DNA of 64,000 bases from Callorhinchus milii (GCF_018977255.1 NW_024704742.1:135968001-136032000); one strand, 5' to 3'; positions 37,505 to 49,115 are shown, numbered from the stretch's first letter. Numbers and translations are program-made. The notes: generated by a model not told the origin, from the letters alone.

Positions 37505-37802
37505 GATAATCCTTGCATTTGATTATAGCGCCTTATCACGTCGTTGAAATAATAATAATAATAATCTTTGCCATTGATGCCTTATCCCGTTTTCGAGAGA
37601 TCTCAAAACGCTTCACAGACGATACTGTAATATACTACAATACAATATACTGAATTGACTGTATGTTTCGTGGGTGAAATGCGGCCAAATTATTATTATT
37701 TTTTTGAAGGGATTATTACTCCTAGAAAAGTGATTCGCCAATCGACTAATAACTGGGTTCCTACTTACTGCTGAGTAAACAGAGGCGTGTGGAGTAAGGA
37801 AA
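37505..37802 (-). mobile_element. SINE fragments
   Basis: Two stacked reverse tails and body. Confidence 0.75.
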
Positions 37803-39821
37803 CGTGCTCAACATTTGCACTATAGACAGAAATTGAGCACAGCCATTGTGGTGTACCCACAGAATGTTCTTCCTCATTCCTCTTCGTCCTCCCCTGACCT
37901 CCCTTCAAAAGTATTTACTATTAAGCAGTCAAATTTAAGTTCTATTTTCACTTGGTTACTGATAAAATGTTCAGCAGCCTTTTATTTACTTTCAGAAACA
38001 TAACTTATCTTTGCTTTTCCTTCCACATGGTTCTCCTTCCACATTTCCCCCCACCCCCCCAAAAAGAATAATTTGTGCTGCAGTGGGTTGAAGATGATTT
38101 GGTATTGGAACGAAGGCACATTCCAACGTTTCAAAGAATATCTGTGTCTAAATGGAACTGTGATTCACAGCTATACTGAAATGCTGAATCGAACAGATTA
38201 AAATAATTCACAATGCTACTAGATTTCAAAATGCAAACAGGAAAGATCTCTCAAAGCTCTTTGCGGGATTTATTTAAGGTGGATTCACTGTATTTTATGG
38301 GTGAAACGCAGCAGCCAATTTCGCACAGCGGATTAGACCCTGGATATCTTTAGGACTAAGGTTACACCTCTTGACAACCACTCTCAGCATTGCACTGGAG
38401 CGTCAGTCTTGCACTGAGCCAGGGATTCAAACCCACAGCCAGAACAACAACAACAATATAACACCGCTCACCCAGGGTAGCATCTGAGAGGTTTGACAGT
38501 GGGGCGGAGCTCGATTCCGAGCCATTGGGGGGGGGGGGGGGTGTGGTGGGGGGGGGAGGTTGGGGTGACCATAAGCACATTCGAAGAGGAAGGTCTTCAG
38601 ACCCGCAGACGAGGAAGGAGGGGGGCACGGCGGAGGGATTGAGGGAGAGAGTTCCAGAGTTTCGGGGAATAGTGACTTAAAGTGCAGCCACTGACGGTGT
38701 GGAACGGAGGCCACGAGAGATAAGGAGGCCGGAGCAGTCGGGTAGTGGAGTGGGGAGTAAGAAGATTGGAGAGGTGAAAGTGCTACCAGCTGAGCCAGGC
38801 TGTTGCTTATTCACTCGCCCAGCGAGAGGTGTGTCGCATAGGAATAAATCACTGGAGTGACTCAGTCATCAGCTGTGGGCTTTGTGCTCACAAACAAACC
38901 TCAGCAGTGAGTGAGCAGCCAGCGATGGGGATGAGTTGCAGGTGACAGATGCCTGCATCAGCAATCGCTTTGAAACACGAGTTATCCCAGGCCGTGAGGA
39001 ATAGCTAGAGGAGAATCAATTTGGCCGCCATGTAACTTGCCCAGTAAATACATGTCAAAGATCTGGAGGGCTTCCAGGCATCTCCCAACCCTGAGCTCAA
39101 GTAGCGCACAGATTCACCCCCGACTTAAGAAATAAGCAGCTTTGGATCTAAGATTTATCTTGAAGAGGTGACACACAAATATTTCTCAACAGCGGTCGGG
39201 CCCTCAGGGTCTCCGCCCCATCCTTTGGATCTCCAACCCCTTCGTCCCGTCTCCTTGCTTCCTTCAAGGCCCATCTCAAGACCTTCCTCTTCTTACCCCC
39301 TGCCCTCCCTGCCCTCCATCCCTCCTGATCCCAACCCCCAGCTCGGGTGCAAAACGTTGACTGTCCAGCAGCTTGGGACGTCCTCCCGACGTGAAAGGAG
39401 CTGTGTCAATGTAATTTATTGTTGTTGTTTAATAGTCGGAGGGGGGTGGGGGGAAGAGTTCAAAAACAGGTTGAAATCCCAGAACAAAGAGCCCGCTTTC
39501 AAGTTTCCTCTCCCACACCCCTTGGCCGTGAAAATAGTTATTCCTCTAACCTGGCCCCTCTATTACTCACGTGACTAATCCTTATTTTACGATCTCTTGT
39601 TAATCACTTCCCGAATCGTGGGAAACAGCACCATTCTCTGTGTCTCTCTCTCGATTTACCCAATCAAGTGGATCTTGAAAAACACACCCGGATTCTTACT
39701 TCGCTCTCCCTTCTCCAGGGGGAATTGGCCACTCACTAACGTTCAATAATTAGTTATTACTGCAGTAACATTCATTATAGCCCATCACTGGGATCAGTTT
39801 GTGGTGAGGGAGGGTCACAGA

Positions 39822-40175
39822 TACACAAACATACAGTCAGAGAGAGAAAGACAGAGAGAGACACACACACACAGACACAAAGAGAACGACAAAATACACA
39901 CACGTATGGACACACAGATACACACAGACAAAGAGAGAGGGACAAACACACGCAGAACGAGACAGTGAAAGAGAGGAATAGAGACACGGAGGGATAAGAC
40001 CAAAAGAGGCTAAGGGATAGACAGAGAAGAGACAGACACAGCGAGGCAGACAGAAAAGAGGCAGAGGAAGACACCTGAGACAGAAAGCGCGACAGAGACG
40101 AAGAGACAGAGAGCGAGAGATAAAGCGAGAGAGAGAGAGAGACGCGCACACACACACAAAGACAGGCAGAGAGAG
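39822..40175. repeat. (GA/CA)-rich low-complexity tract
   Basis: Degenerate AGAC/AGAG/ACAC repeats over ~350 bp, starting ~20 nt into the intron after exon 4. Confidence 0.9.
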
Positions 40176-40195
40176 GTCTTACAACACAGACTTAC

Positions 40196-40346
40196 CTGGT
40201 CTGAATAATTTCATCTCCTTTCTTCCAAATCACCAAGGGGGCTGGAAATCCAGAGACAGAACATTCCAGAATTCCGTCCCTTCCCTCCAGGACCGCCAGG
40301 TTGGATGGCCGCTGAAGGAAGGCGATTTGCCGATTAACTCCAGATT
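40196..40346 (-). CDS. DCC: DCC internal coding exon (equivalent to exon 4), N-half of Ig3
   Basis: (E)SGVNRQIAFLQRPSNLAVLEGRDGILECSVSGFPAPLVIWKKGDEIIQT(R). TTAG acceptor, GTAAGT donor, 151 nt, phase 1-2, in frame with neighbouring exons. Confidence 0.93.
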
Positions 40347-40517
40347 CTAAAGCGGAGAACACAGGAAATGTCAGTGATTTCAAGACCATTTGCTGCAAAC
40401 CTCATCCCATGTCATGCATTACAAGCCAGCGAGGCCTGACGTATATAAAATGTCACTGCTTAAAAAAACACATGCATTCCAGCCATGCACATCGCACAAA
40501 AGGAGGCCTTTCAGCCC

Positions 40518-40805
40518 ATCCTGTCTGTCCTGGTGCTCTCTCCCCCACTGGAGCTCTCTACTCTAACCCCATTCCCCTGCTCTCTCCCCATCGTGTCTGT
40601 CCTGGTACTCTCTCCCCCACTGGAGCTCTCTACTCTAACCCTATTCCCCTGCTCTCTCCCCATTTTGTCGGTCCTGGTGCTCTCTCCCCCACTGGAGCTC
40701 TCTACTCTAACCCCATTCCCCTGCTCTCTCCCCATCGTGTCGGTCCTGGTGCTCTCTCCCCCATTGGAGCTCTCTACTCTAACTCCATTCCCTGCTCTCT
40801 CCCCT
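40518..40805. repeat. 72-bp minisatellite, 4 copies, within a minus-strand CR1 3' end (~40490-41085)
   Basis: TGGAGCTCTCTACTCTAAC at 40549, 40621, 40693, 40765; preceded by GCACAAAAGGAGGCCTTTCAGCCCATC (reverse CR1 tail). Confidence 0.93.
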
Positions 40806-41398
40806 TCATATCTATAATGTTGCTTGCTCCTTCACTGGAGCTGTCTAGGTGATCCCATTCCCTGTTCTGTGCCCGTGTTCTGTCATATTTTTCCTCTTCA
40901 AACACTTATCCAATTCCCTTTTTAATGACGCTTGTCACATGTTGTAAAACATTCTGTGTTTGTCCGTATACCAATCCTCTCCGGGAAACAGAATCTAATG
41001 TTCCCCATAACTTTTCAGTGACAATCATGACCTTGCGACCTCTTCTTACTGATTCAGGGTCCAGTGGGGATAATCTTTCACTATTTTTCAACAACTTGCA
41101 CTTATCCAGCACCATTTACATAGAATAACGTCTCAAAGCACTTTACAGAGATTGAGTGAGAGTCCGAGCTGCATGGAGGACGTGGGGGGGGGTCAGGATA
41201 GGAGGCAATTGCCCAAAGGCATAGTCAAGAAGATAGATCTTTATAGGCCTTTGAAAGCAGAGATGGACTTAGCGAGGTGGAAGGGTTTAGGGAGACAGTT
41301 CCAGAGAGCAGGGCTAGAGTGGCTGAAAGCGTGTCAACTGATGATGATGGGGAAGGAGGGGGGAGATATTGAGCAGACCAAAATTGGCGGAGTCAAGG

Positions 41399-42170
41399 CA
41401 ACAACAACAACAACAACAAGATTCCATTTATAGAGAGCCTTTTACGTTGGGAGGACGTCCCAAGGCACTGGACAGTTGGGTCAGGACCCGAGCAGGGGGG
41501 AAATTGTCAGGGTGAGGGGAGGGAAGGGAGGGAGCGAGGAGGGAGTAGAGAGTCGAGAGGGGAGCTGAAGGCACGGTCAAAGAGAAAGGTCTTGAGACCG
41601 GCCTTGAAGGAGGAAAGGGAGGAGGCAAGGCGAAGGCACTGGGGGATAGTTTTCCAGAGCCTAGGGGCTGAGAGGCTGAAAACCCGGCCACCGATGGTAG
41701 GGCGGTTGGGGCGGGGGATGTGGAGCAGACTGGAGCCAGAGGAACGGAGGGTACGGGCAGGTAAGTAGGGGGATAGTAGTTCCGAGAGGTAGGAGGGAGC
41801 AAGGCCGTGAATGGCCTTGTAGGTGAGGATGAGGATCTTGAATTTGATCCTCTGGGGGATGGGGAGCCAGTGGAGGCGAGCGAGGGTGGGAGTGATGTGG
41901 TCCCGAAGCCTGGTGCGGGACAGTACTCGAGCTGCAGAGTTCTGAATGACCTGCAGCTTGTGGAGGGAGGTACCGGGAAGGCCGGCGAGGAGAGAGTTCC
42001 CATAGTCCAGCCTTGAGGTGATAAAGGCGTGGACCAGAGTTTCAGCCGCGTGAGGGGTGAGGTAGTGCCGTAGTCTGGCGATGTTCCGGAGGTGATGGAA
42101 GGCGGTGCCAGTTGTGGCGCGGATATGAGGAAGAAAGGACAGCTCAGGGTCGAACAGAACACCGAGGCAG
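41399..42170 (-). mobile_element. Young L2 3' fragment
   Basis: Reverse complement nearly identical to 36015-36630; (CAA)n at left end. Confidence 0.94.
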
Positions 42171-42436
42171 AGGACAGGGTGGGGGGAACAGTTTCTTGAC
42201 CTTTTTTATTCCAAGGAAGACAGACCCAATCTTTCAAGCTTTTCCCTGCAAGGTTCCCTAGTTCTATAAACTCGCAGGAGTGATTCACACAGGAAGCCAT
42301 GATGGAAACAGGAAGTGTATCACGATTTAATAATAATCCTTGCATTTGATATAGCGCCTTCTCATGTTATTCAGACGTCTCAAAGCACTTCACAGAATAT
42401 ATTGTAAAGTGAATATTGTAAAGTGAATTGACTCTC

Positions 42437-42762
42437 AGTCCCAAGGTTCTGGAACTCCATCCCCCAGTGCCGTCGCCGCCTCCTCCCTTTCATCTTCAAG
42501 GCCGGTCTCAAGACCTTTCTCTTTGACCGAGCCTTCAGCTCCCCTCTCGACTCTCTACCCCCTCCTCACTCCCTCCCTTCCCTCCCCTCACCATTTCCCC
42601 CCTCCTCGCTCACCTCCCTTCCCTCCCCTCACCCTGACCATTTCCCCCCAATGCTCGGGTCCTGACCCAACTGTACAGCGCCTTGGGACGTCCTCCCGAC
42701 GTGAAAGGCGCTCTATAAATGGAATCTTGTTGTTGTTGTTGTAATCTTGTTGTTATTGTTGT
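42437..42762 (+). mobile_element. Young L2 3' end with a short internal tandem duplication
   Basis: TCTGGAACTCCATCCCCCAGTGCC...GGGACGTCCTCCCGACGTGAAAGGCGCTCTATAAATGGAATC(TTG)n. Confidence 0.92.
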
Positions 42763-43164
42763 AGTTCTGTAAGACCTTATTTGAGATGTTACTTTTCAAG
42801 GATGGTTTATAGATGTTTTAACATTGCAAAGTTCAGTATACATTTACAAGGAAGTTGCCAGGGATATGTGGCTATAAAAAAGAATAGACAGGTTTGAGCT
42901 GTCTGTTTGAGCTCTTTGGGGATGAGACTATTGAGAGGTACCTAATAGAGGAGTTTAAGATTACAAAAGGATCTGATAAAGTGAGAATTACAAGCATATT
43001 TCCACTTGCTGCCAGAACAAGAGGGAATAACTGTAAGACAGTCAGGAACAGATCAGATAATTTAGGAGAACATCTTCACGCAGAGAGAAGTGAGAATGTG
43101 GAACTCGCTGCCAGAAGCTGTGATTTAAGCAAAAAGCATCAAGAGTATTAAGGCAAAACTTGAC

Positions 43165-43475
43165 AATAATAACATTTCATATAGCGATTACACTGTATAT
43201 ACTGTAAAGTGAATTGAATGTACGTTTTGTGGGTGAAACGCAGCAGCCAATTGCGCACAGCAGTGTCCCACAAATAGTCGTGGATTGAGTGTCTTTTTTT
43301 TAAGGCATTACTAACCCCAGAAAGTAATCCTCCAACAACCAGCTTCCCACTTACGGCTAGATAAACAGAGGCGTGTGGAGTAAGGAAACTCGCCTACGGT
43401 TTCACCCTGACTGGGAATCGAACCCGGGTCCTAACACTTGCGAGGCGAATGCTCTAACCACTACGCTACAAGATT
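43165..43475 (-). mobile_element. tRNA-headed SINE inserted in a degraded CR1 (42860-43600)
   Basis: Reverse head CTAACCACTACGCTACA; CR1 motifs (GAATGTGGAACTCGCTGCC, GGGCAGAATGGCCTGTTTCTGTGCTG) on either side. Confidence 0.85.
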
Positions 43476-43914
43476 TCAACTGATACAAACATGAGGGAGA
43501 AAGGAACAGAGCAGGATAGGAGGGGATTAGGAAGAGTGGAGGAGAATAAACACGTGAACGGTCTCATTGGGCAGAATGGCCTGTTTCTGTGCTGGGTCAA
43601 TCTATATAACACTCCAGAATCCCTGCGCTATCACGTGTTCACCTTCCCAACCAGTGGCTGTCACACTATCTCCAATTGGACAGGGTATTAAAGAGCATAT
43701 TAAGTAAATAATTGGAGACGTGCTGGGAGCCAATTAGCCTCTAAAATGTGGAGAGTGTCAATGTGTTACAGGCTTCTCCACTTAAAGGAATACAATTCAC
43801 AAGTAGTCAGTGTCTGTCTGGAGCAGTTAGCAGCATGCTATATCCCAATGGCAATAACTGTAATAAAACTTAACTGTGTCCTAACTAAAAAGTGATCCCA
43901 GAACAGATACAAGG

Positions 43915-44220
43915 CAGTAGAGTAATCCAGAGGGGGAGCAAGCACCAGCTCAGATACGATGGAGGAAAGAGCAGGTGAATGGGATTGCAGTAGAGAGCTC
44001 CAGTGGGTAAATGAAAGCGTCGACAGGATAATGATCCGAGGAGGGGAGTGGGATTAGAGCAACAGCGGGGGAGAAAGCACCAACATAGACACGATGGGGA
44101 AAGAACAGGTGAATGAGATTAAAATAGAGAGCTCCAGCGGTTGGGGGGGCGGGGGAAGTGAGCACAGATTCGAAGGGGAAAGGGCGAAGGAAAGGATTTA
44201 CAGTAGAACTCCAGTGGAGT
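43915..44220. repeat. Degenerate array of the CR1-derived ~72-bp unit, opposite orientation to 40518-40805
   Basis: Repeated GATGG.GGAAAGAGCAGG.GAATGGGATT..AGTAGAGAGCTCCAGTGGG. Confidence 0.7.
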
Positions 44221-45224
44221 TTATGTGCAGATCAACGATAAATCTAAATATTGGCTCAATATAATGGGGAACAGAACAGAATCTCATCTCATACGAACTC
44301 GATAGACACCACTGTTGTTACACAGACGGCAATCAGCAGGAGAGCTATTGAAATGATCGATAAACAGCAAGCCTGCTGCCCTCTTGCCGTGTATCATCCC
44401 GCTCCCTTGAAAGCATTTAACGGCAATCATTTTCCCAGCTTATGAGATATTTTGCTAAGGATAATGTTGGGCTGGTTCTTGTTCATCCCCCAGTGAGCTA
44501 CTAGCAGAACCATGTCTGAACATTCAGCTAATCTCAACCTCTACTTAAAAGGGAAAATCTATTATTCACAGTGGCATTCCCCATACTCTTACTAAATTAC
44601 TGTTAACACGATCCAGCAACTGATCTCAGCATTAGAGGCAGGCTGGGCTCAATAGCGGAGAGAGAGAGAGAGAGAGAGAGAGAGGTAGAAATAATAATAA
44701 TAATAATAATAATTGCATTTGACATAGAGCCTTTTCACATCGTTGAGATGTCTCAAAGCGCTTTGCAGAATATACTGTCCCACAAACAGTCGTGGATTTA
44801 ATGACCAATGTTTTTTTTCTTGGAGGGTTTACTATCCCCAGAAAACGATCCACCAATTGACCAAAAGCGAGGAAACGAGAGAGAGGTGAATCGAGAGAAA
44901 AACACAGATCGAGTAAGAGCGAGAGAGTAAGAGAAAGACCTAGAAAAAATAGAGGATAGAGAAAGCGATAAGGAAAGAAAGAGAAACATAGAAACAGAAG
45001 GAGGCCATTCAGCCCCACGAGCCTGCTCCGCTATTCTATAAGATCATGGCTGATCTGTACCTCAAGTCCAGTTACCCGTCCTTGTCCCATATCCCTTAAA
45101 CCCTGACGTAACAAATATCTATCTAGATATTGACATAAAGAGCTAGGAGGAAAGGGAGAGATTAAATAAAAAGTAAGCAAAGGGAAGATAGATGCATAGA
45201 AAGAAAGAGAGCAAGAGTATTTAT

Positions 45225-45396
45225 ATTACCCCCGGAAAGCGATCCGCCAATCTACTAACAACCGGGTTCCTACTTACTGCTAGATAAACAGAAGTATGCG
45301 GAGTAAAAAAAATAGCCTAAGGTTTCGCCCCGCTCAGGAATCGAACCCGGGTCCTCTCGCTTGTGAGGCGAGTGCTCTAACCTAACCACTATGCTT
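45225..45396 (-). mobile_element. SINE 5' half (3' half at ~44690-44860)
   Basis: Reverse A/B boxes and body. Confidence 0.85.
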
Positions 45397-47227
45397 ATGT
45401 CCTCCCAATAAGGATAGTCTTAAGAGGAGATGGAGCTCCTTACACTTAATTCACAAAGCCAGACTAGGCTATGGGACTGCCTTACGACGGATAATAAGGA
45501 ATATTATCATTGATATCATTATCTCCTCCAAGCTCAGTGAGCGTACAACGTACATTTTGCTCCAGTTCAACCTTTCCCTCCACGACAAAGCCTCATGTAA
45601 GTTACAGAGCCTGAGATTGGAAGCAAGAGGTTTCAGTAGGATCCTAAGTATCACATTAGAGTATTATTAATATTTGAATTGATTCATACATTAAACTCTC
45701 CAAATTGTATTGTACCATCTAATCCCTTCTCCACCGGCAGACACAAAGGTAATGGCAATGATCAGCACTCAGTCAATTACCACGACCATAGCAAATCGTT
45801 TCCACTTTATCTCATGATGTACCATTCATCATTATGTAAGCGAGGTCTCCTTGGAGCTGAACTGGTTCCAAGGTGACACGCTTGGCAATGAAATATCAGA
45901 ATCGAACCAGACCTCTGTGGCGCTCTCGGTAGTCAGGTTCCTGAGCCAGGGAGTTCCGCAGTATTCCAGGGCACTACTGATGACAACAACAACTTTCATT
46001 TATATTAGCGCCCCTCACCCAAGCGAGCGTCCCAGAGCGCTTGACAGTGGTAGAGGACGATGGCAAGCCAGGTGGAAGGGGGAGGTGACCGAAGGCGCGG
46101 TCGAATAGGAAGGTCTTCAGGCACGATCTGAAGATGGGGAAAGAAGGGAGAATAGAGGAAGAGTGTTCCAGAGTTTCGGGACTTAATGGCTGAAAGCGCG
46201 GTCACCGACGGGAGAACGGAGGTACATGCAGAAGGCAGGTGCCAGTCAAACGGAGGCAGCGGGTTGTGGGTTGGGGGGTAAGCTGGTCGGAGAGATACAG
46301 AGGTGTCAGGGCATGAAGGGACTTTGAAAACGAATGCAAGGATATCGAAATCGATGCTTTTGGCGAAAGGGAGCCAGTGGAGCCAGTGGCTAGAACTGGT
46401 GTGATGGGGGTACGGCGTTTAGTACGGGTGATTTGATTCACATATTAAACTCCAGAAATACCCAAAGGTTCGGTTCCTGAGCCGAGCTTTGGCACTGGTC
46501 AACCTGCGGCTGCCCTTGGCCCCCTCCTGATCCCAACCCCCAGCTTCATTGCAAACCGTCCAGCGCCTTGGGACGTCCTCCCGAAGTGAAAGGCATTGCA
46601 CCAAATTAATCTGTTGATGTTATTGTTTATTGTTCTTGCTTGACGTTTATCCCTCTCTTCATCCATGAGCCAAATCAATCAGTTGCTCATCTCACGGTTG
46701 TTATGTGTGGGACGTTGCTAGCGCAGATTAGTTGCTGCGTTAGCCTCTGTAATAACATTCACTCTCATTTCTAATCAATCTTATAAAGAGCTCCAAGGCA
46801 TTTGTTTTACATGAAAGCCGCTGTGTAAATATCGTTATTATTAATAACAGGCTTGTGTGAGCCTATCATTGCTCTCCTCGCCCGGCTCCCCTGGCTCCAT
46901 ACGTTCTCCAGATCCTTCCCCCCACTTCTACCTCTGTGATCTCCTCGGTCCTACTCTCCAACCCCATCCCTCCACTCAACCAGCTCAGGCCTGTTCCACA
47001 TTTCCCCTCTCCCTCCCCTCCACACCGGCTCTATGGAACCCTTCGTCTCACCTCTCCCCTCTACTTTGAAAACCCAGACCTTCATTGCACCTTCAATCAC
47101 CTCCCCACTCCCCCTTCCCACTCCCCATTTTCCACCCACCATTGGCTCCAAATAGGCCCACGCACTGCCCACCTTTAAAGTCCAACATAAGACCCATCTT
47201 TCCGACTGTGATTTTTCTGATAGCCAA

Positions 47228-47525
47228 GTGGCGGATCGCTTTCTAGGGATAAAAATCCCTCCCCCAAAAAAATTTGGTCACTCAATCCAAGATTGTTTGT
47301 GGGACACCGCTGTGCGCAATTGGCTGCCGCATTTCGCCCACAAAATACTCAGTCAATTCCCTTTAAATTCAATTCACCAACATCTTGGGACGTCCTCCCA
47401 ATGTGAAAGAGGCGATACAAATGTAATTTCTTGTGGTCATTGTGTTTGTATGTTCCGTGAAGCACTTTGAGACGTGAATAAGGCACTGCATTAAACGCAG
47501 AGGCTATAATTATTATTATGGTATT
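47228..47525 (+). mobile_element. SINE 3' part with a short L2 tail inserted
   Basis: Core at 47270-47365, L2 tail at ~47383-47440, SINE tail resumes. Confidence 0.78.
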
Positions 47526-47631
47526 ATTATTTCCTCCCACACACTCTCCTCAGCTTTGAGTCGTCCCAAGATGATGTGTAGTGTATAATGTGATGTGTTG
47601 TTGTTCAGTGGCTGCTCAGAGCACGTCTCAC

Positions 47632-47916
47632 CAGACAGGACTTTCAGGTCGACATCGTTTCCGGTGCGAGAGCTCCCGGGATTCTCAGCCAAGCACCGGT
47701 AGGAAGCAGCATCGGATGCCTGTAGTTTACTGATGGCCAGGGAGCCGGAGGGCAGAACTGAGAGCCTGGCATCGCCCACGCTAGGCTTCAGGTCCTCCCG
47801 GTTCTTCTGCCAGTGGATGGAGGGCATGGGCTCGCCCGTCACTTCACACCTCAGGATGGCACTGTCTCCCGCGTAAGCCGAGACCGGCTCCGTCATAGAG
47901 ATGAACCTCAACGGGC
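47632..47916 (-). CDS. DCC: DCC internal coding exon (equivalent to exon 3), Ig-like domain 2
   Basis: Translates (G)[94 protein letters not shown]. Motifs GPLRF, GEPMP.IHWQKN and SSRTGN are DCC-type rather than neogenin-type. Pyrimidine tract plus CAG acceptor (AG at 47918-47917), GTGAGA donor at 47631. 285 nt, phase 1-1. Confidence 0.93.
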
Positions 47917-47977
47917 CTGAGGGAGATGAGGAAAAGAGATGTGGGTTAGACAGGCTCAAAGGTAGATTCCCCCAGGG

Positions 47978-48292
47978 TAATAATAATAATAATAATCCTT
48001 GCATTTGATATAGCGCTTTTCACGTCGGGAGGACGTCCCAAAGCGCTTCACAGAACACACTGTAAAGTGAATTGACTGTATATTTGTGGGCGAACGCGGC
48101 AGCCAATTGCGCACAGCAATGTCCCACAAACAGTCGTAGATTGAAAATGACCAATTTATTATTGTTTTTTGTTTTGGAGGGATTATTATTAGGCTCTGTG
48201 TGGAGTAAGGAAACTTGCCCAAGGTTTCGCCCTCTGCCTGGAATTGAACTCAGGTCTCTCACTTGCAAAGCGAGTGCTCTAACCACTGAGCT
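47978..48292 (-). mobile_element. Young short-type SINE ~60 nt upstream of the exon 3 acceptor
   Basis: Reverse complement near-identical to 20617-20937. Confidence 0.93.
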
Positions 48293-48799
48293 GTCAGAGC
48301 ACTCAACCACAACAACAATAACTTGCATTTATATAGCGCTTATCACGCAGGGTATTGTCGCAGAGCGTTTCACAAGTGAGAGGACCCGGGTTTAATTGGA
48401 AGAAACCTTAGGCAAGTTTCCTTACTCCACACGCCTCTGTTTACCGAGCAGTAAGCAGGAACGTGATTGTTAATCAATTGATAGATCGCTTTCCGGGAGA
48501 TATAATCCATCCCCAAATCCACTACTGATTGTGGGACACAATACATTCTGTGAAGCACTCTGAGACGTCTCAATGACATGAAAAGGCTCTTGACCAGCTC
48601 GGGTCCGAAACACTGATTGTCCTCCTGCCGTCCTCCTGACATTTGTTTTTGTTGTTGTACATCAACTGCAAGGATTATTATTATAAATTTATGCTGATCC
48701 CATTGTCTCAAAATGTAAGAGTTCCTTAAATTTATCATGTTCACAAAATATACTGTAAAGTGAATTGACTGTACATTTTGTGGGCGAAACGCAGTGGCT

Positions 48800-49115
48800 A
48801 ATTATAATAATAATCCATATAATCCTTGCATTCGATATAGCGCCTCATCAGGTCTTCAAGACGTCTCAAAGGGCTTCACAGAATACACTGTAAAGTGAAT
48901 TGACTGTATATTTGTGGGCGAAACGCGGCAGCCAATTGCGTACAGCAGCGTCCCACAAACAGTCGTGGATTGAGTCACCTTTTTTGGGGGAGCGATTATT
49001 ATCCCTGGTTTCTATTTGCCGCTAGTTAATCAGAGGCGTGTGGAGTAAGGAAACTAGCCTAAGGTTTCACCCTGCCCAGGAATCGAAGCCGGGCCGTCTC
49101 GCTTGCGAAGTGAGG
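48800..49115 (-). mobile_element. tRNA-headed SINE within a SINE cluster (48370-49115)
   Basis: Reverse tail, core, body and B-box. Confidence 0.87.

Noticed and set aside
39775..40157. Hydrophobic 'membrane protein' ORFs
   Set aside because: Translations of the (TC/TG)n low-complexity tract.
41428..42345. 305-aa ORF, and the 269-aa ORF at 35923-36732
   Set aside because: Off-frame translations of C-rich L2 sequence giving Pro/Ser-rich low-complexity peptides, not host genes.
47632..47916. Neogenin (NEO1) instead of DCC
   Set aside because: GPLRF, GEPMP.IHWQKN, SSRTGN, FLQRPSN and [15 protein letters not shown], and exon lengths 285/151/137/155, fit DCC as I recall it. A phylogenetic check would still be needed to exclude a DCC-like paralog.
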